From the NCBI GenBank assembly GCA_013239625.1, contig MU053881.1, positions 10,964,873 to 11,028,872 on the forward strand: a stretch of 64,000 bases of DNA, given 5' to 3'. The position numbers and the translations under genes were made by a program. Below, one piece after another: positions 63,769 through 64,000 of the stretch. A model generated the notes under the pieces. The model did not search any database. It was given only the letters and a program-made list of their open reading frames with translations, and was not told the DNA's origin. This DNA comes from Lama guanicoe. Its lineage: Eukaryota. The first letter of the stretch is position 1, and each line of letters opens with the position of its first letter.

Positions 63769-64000
63769 ACAAACTTTCCTATATTCACTCGGTTCTACAT
63801 ATGATTGTTCTTTATCGCTAATGTGATTTTTGTATATCAAACAAAAATATTCAAATTAACTATAGTTTCCTCGTCTCTAAAATGGGATTAATGGTGCTCT
63901 TTATCTAGTTCTACTTAGATATCAACGTGACAAACACTATTACACATGTTCAAACAAAAAAACAACATATTAATGCTGCATTATTCTTATCTTCAAACAA

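Overview
AT-rich, CpG-depleted placental-mammal DNA, very probably camelid (alpaca/llama/camel), judged from a tRNA-derived Vic-1-type SINE at 8944-9080 and cetartiodactyl-type L1 3' ends. I find no credible protein-coding exon, structural RNA gene or CpG island, so the window looks like a large intron or gene desert. The listed ORFs are chance, microsatellite-derived or decayed L1. Much of the window is old interspersed repeat (MIR, L2, L1M, MLT1, MER21, MER31-like, LTR16, MER5/33/58/102/104, a solo ERV1-type LTR). Repeat family names come from my recall of consensus sequences and need RepeatMasker/Dfam confirmation; most boundaries are approximate. Best observations: (1) two short inverted copies of nearby sequence inserted into transposon relics (30045-30197 from 31601-31745; 51702-51805 resembling 54351-54455), suggesting local template-switch repair; (2) a (TA)n array with interruptions at an exact 32-bp period; (3) several repeat-free blocks with PBX-HOX/MEIS motifs that may be developmental enhancers. 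I cannot name the host locus, and I see no evidence of a new coding system.
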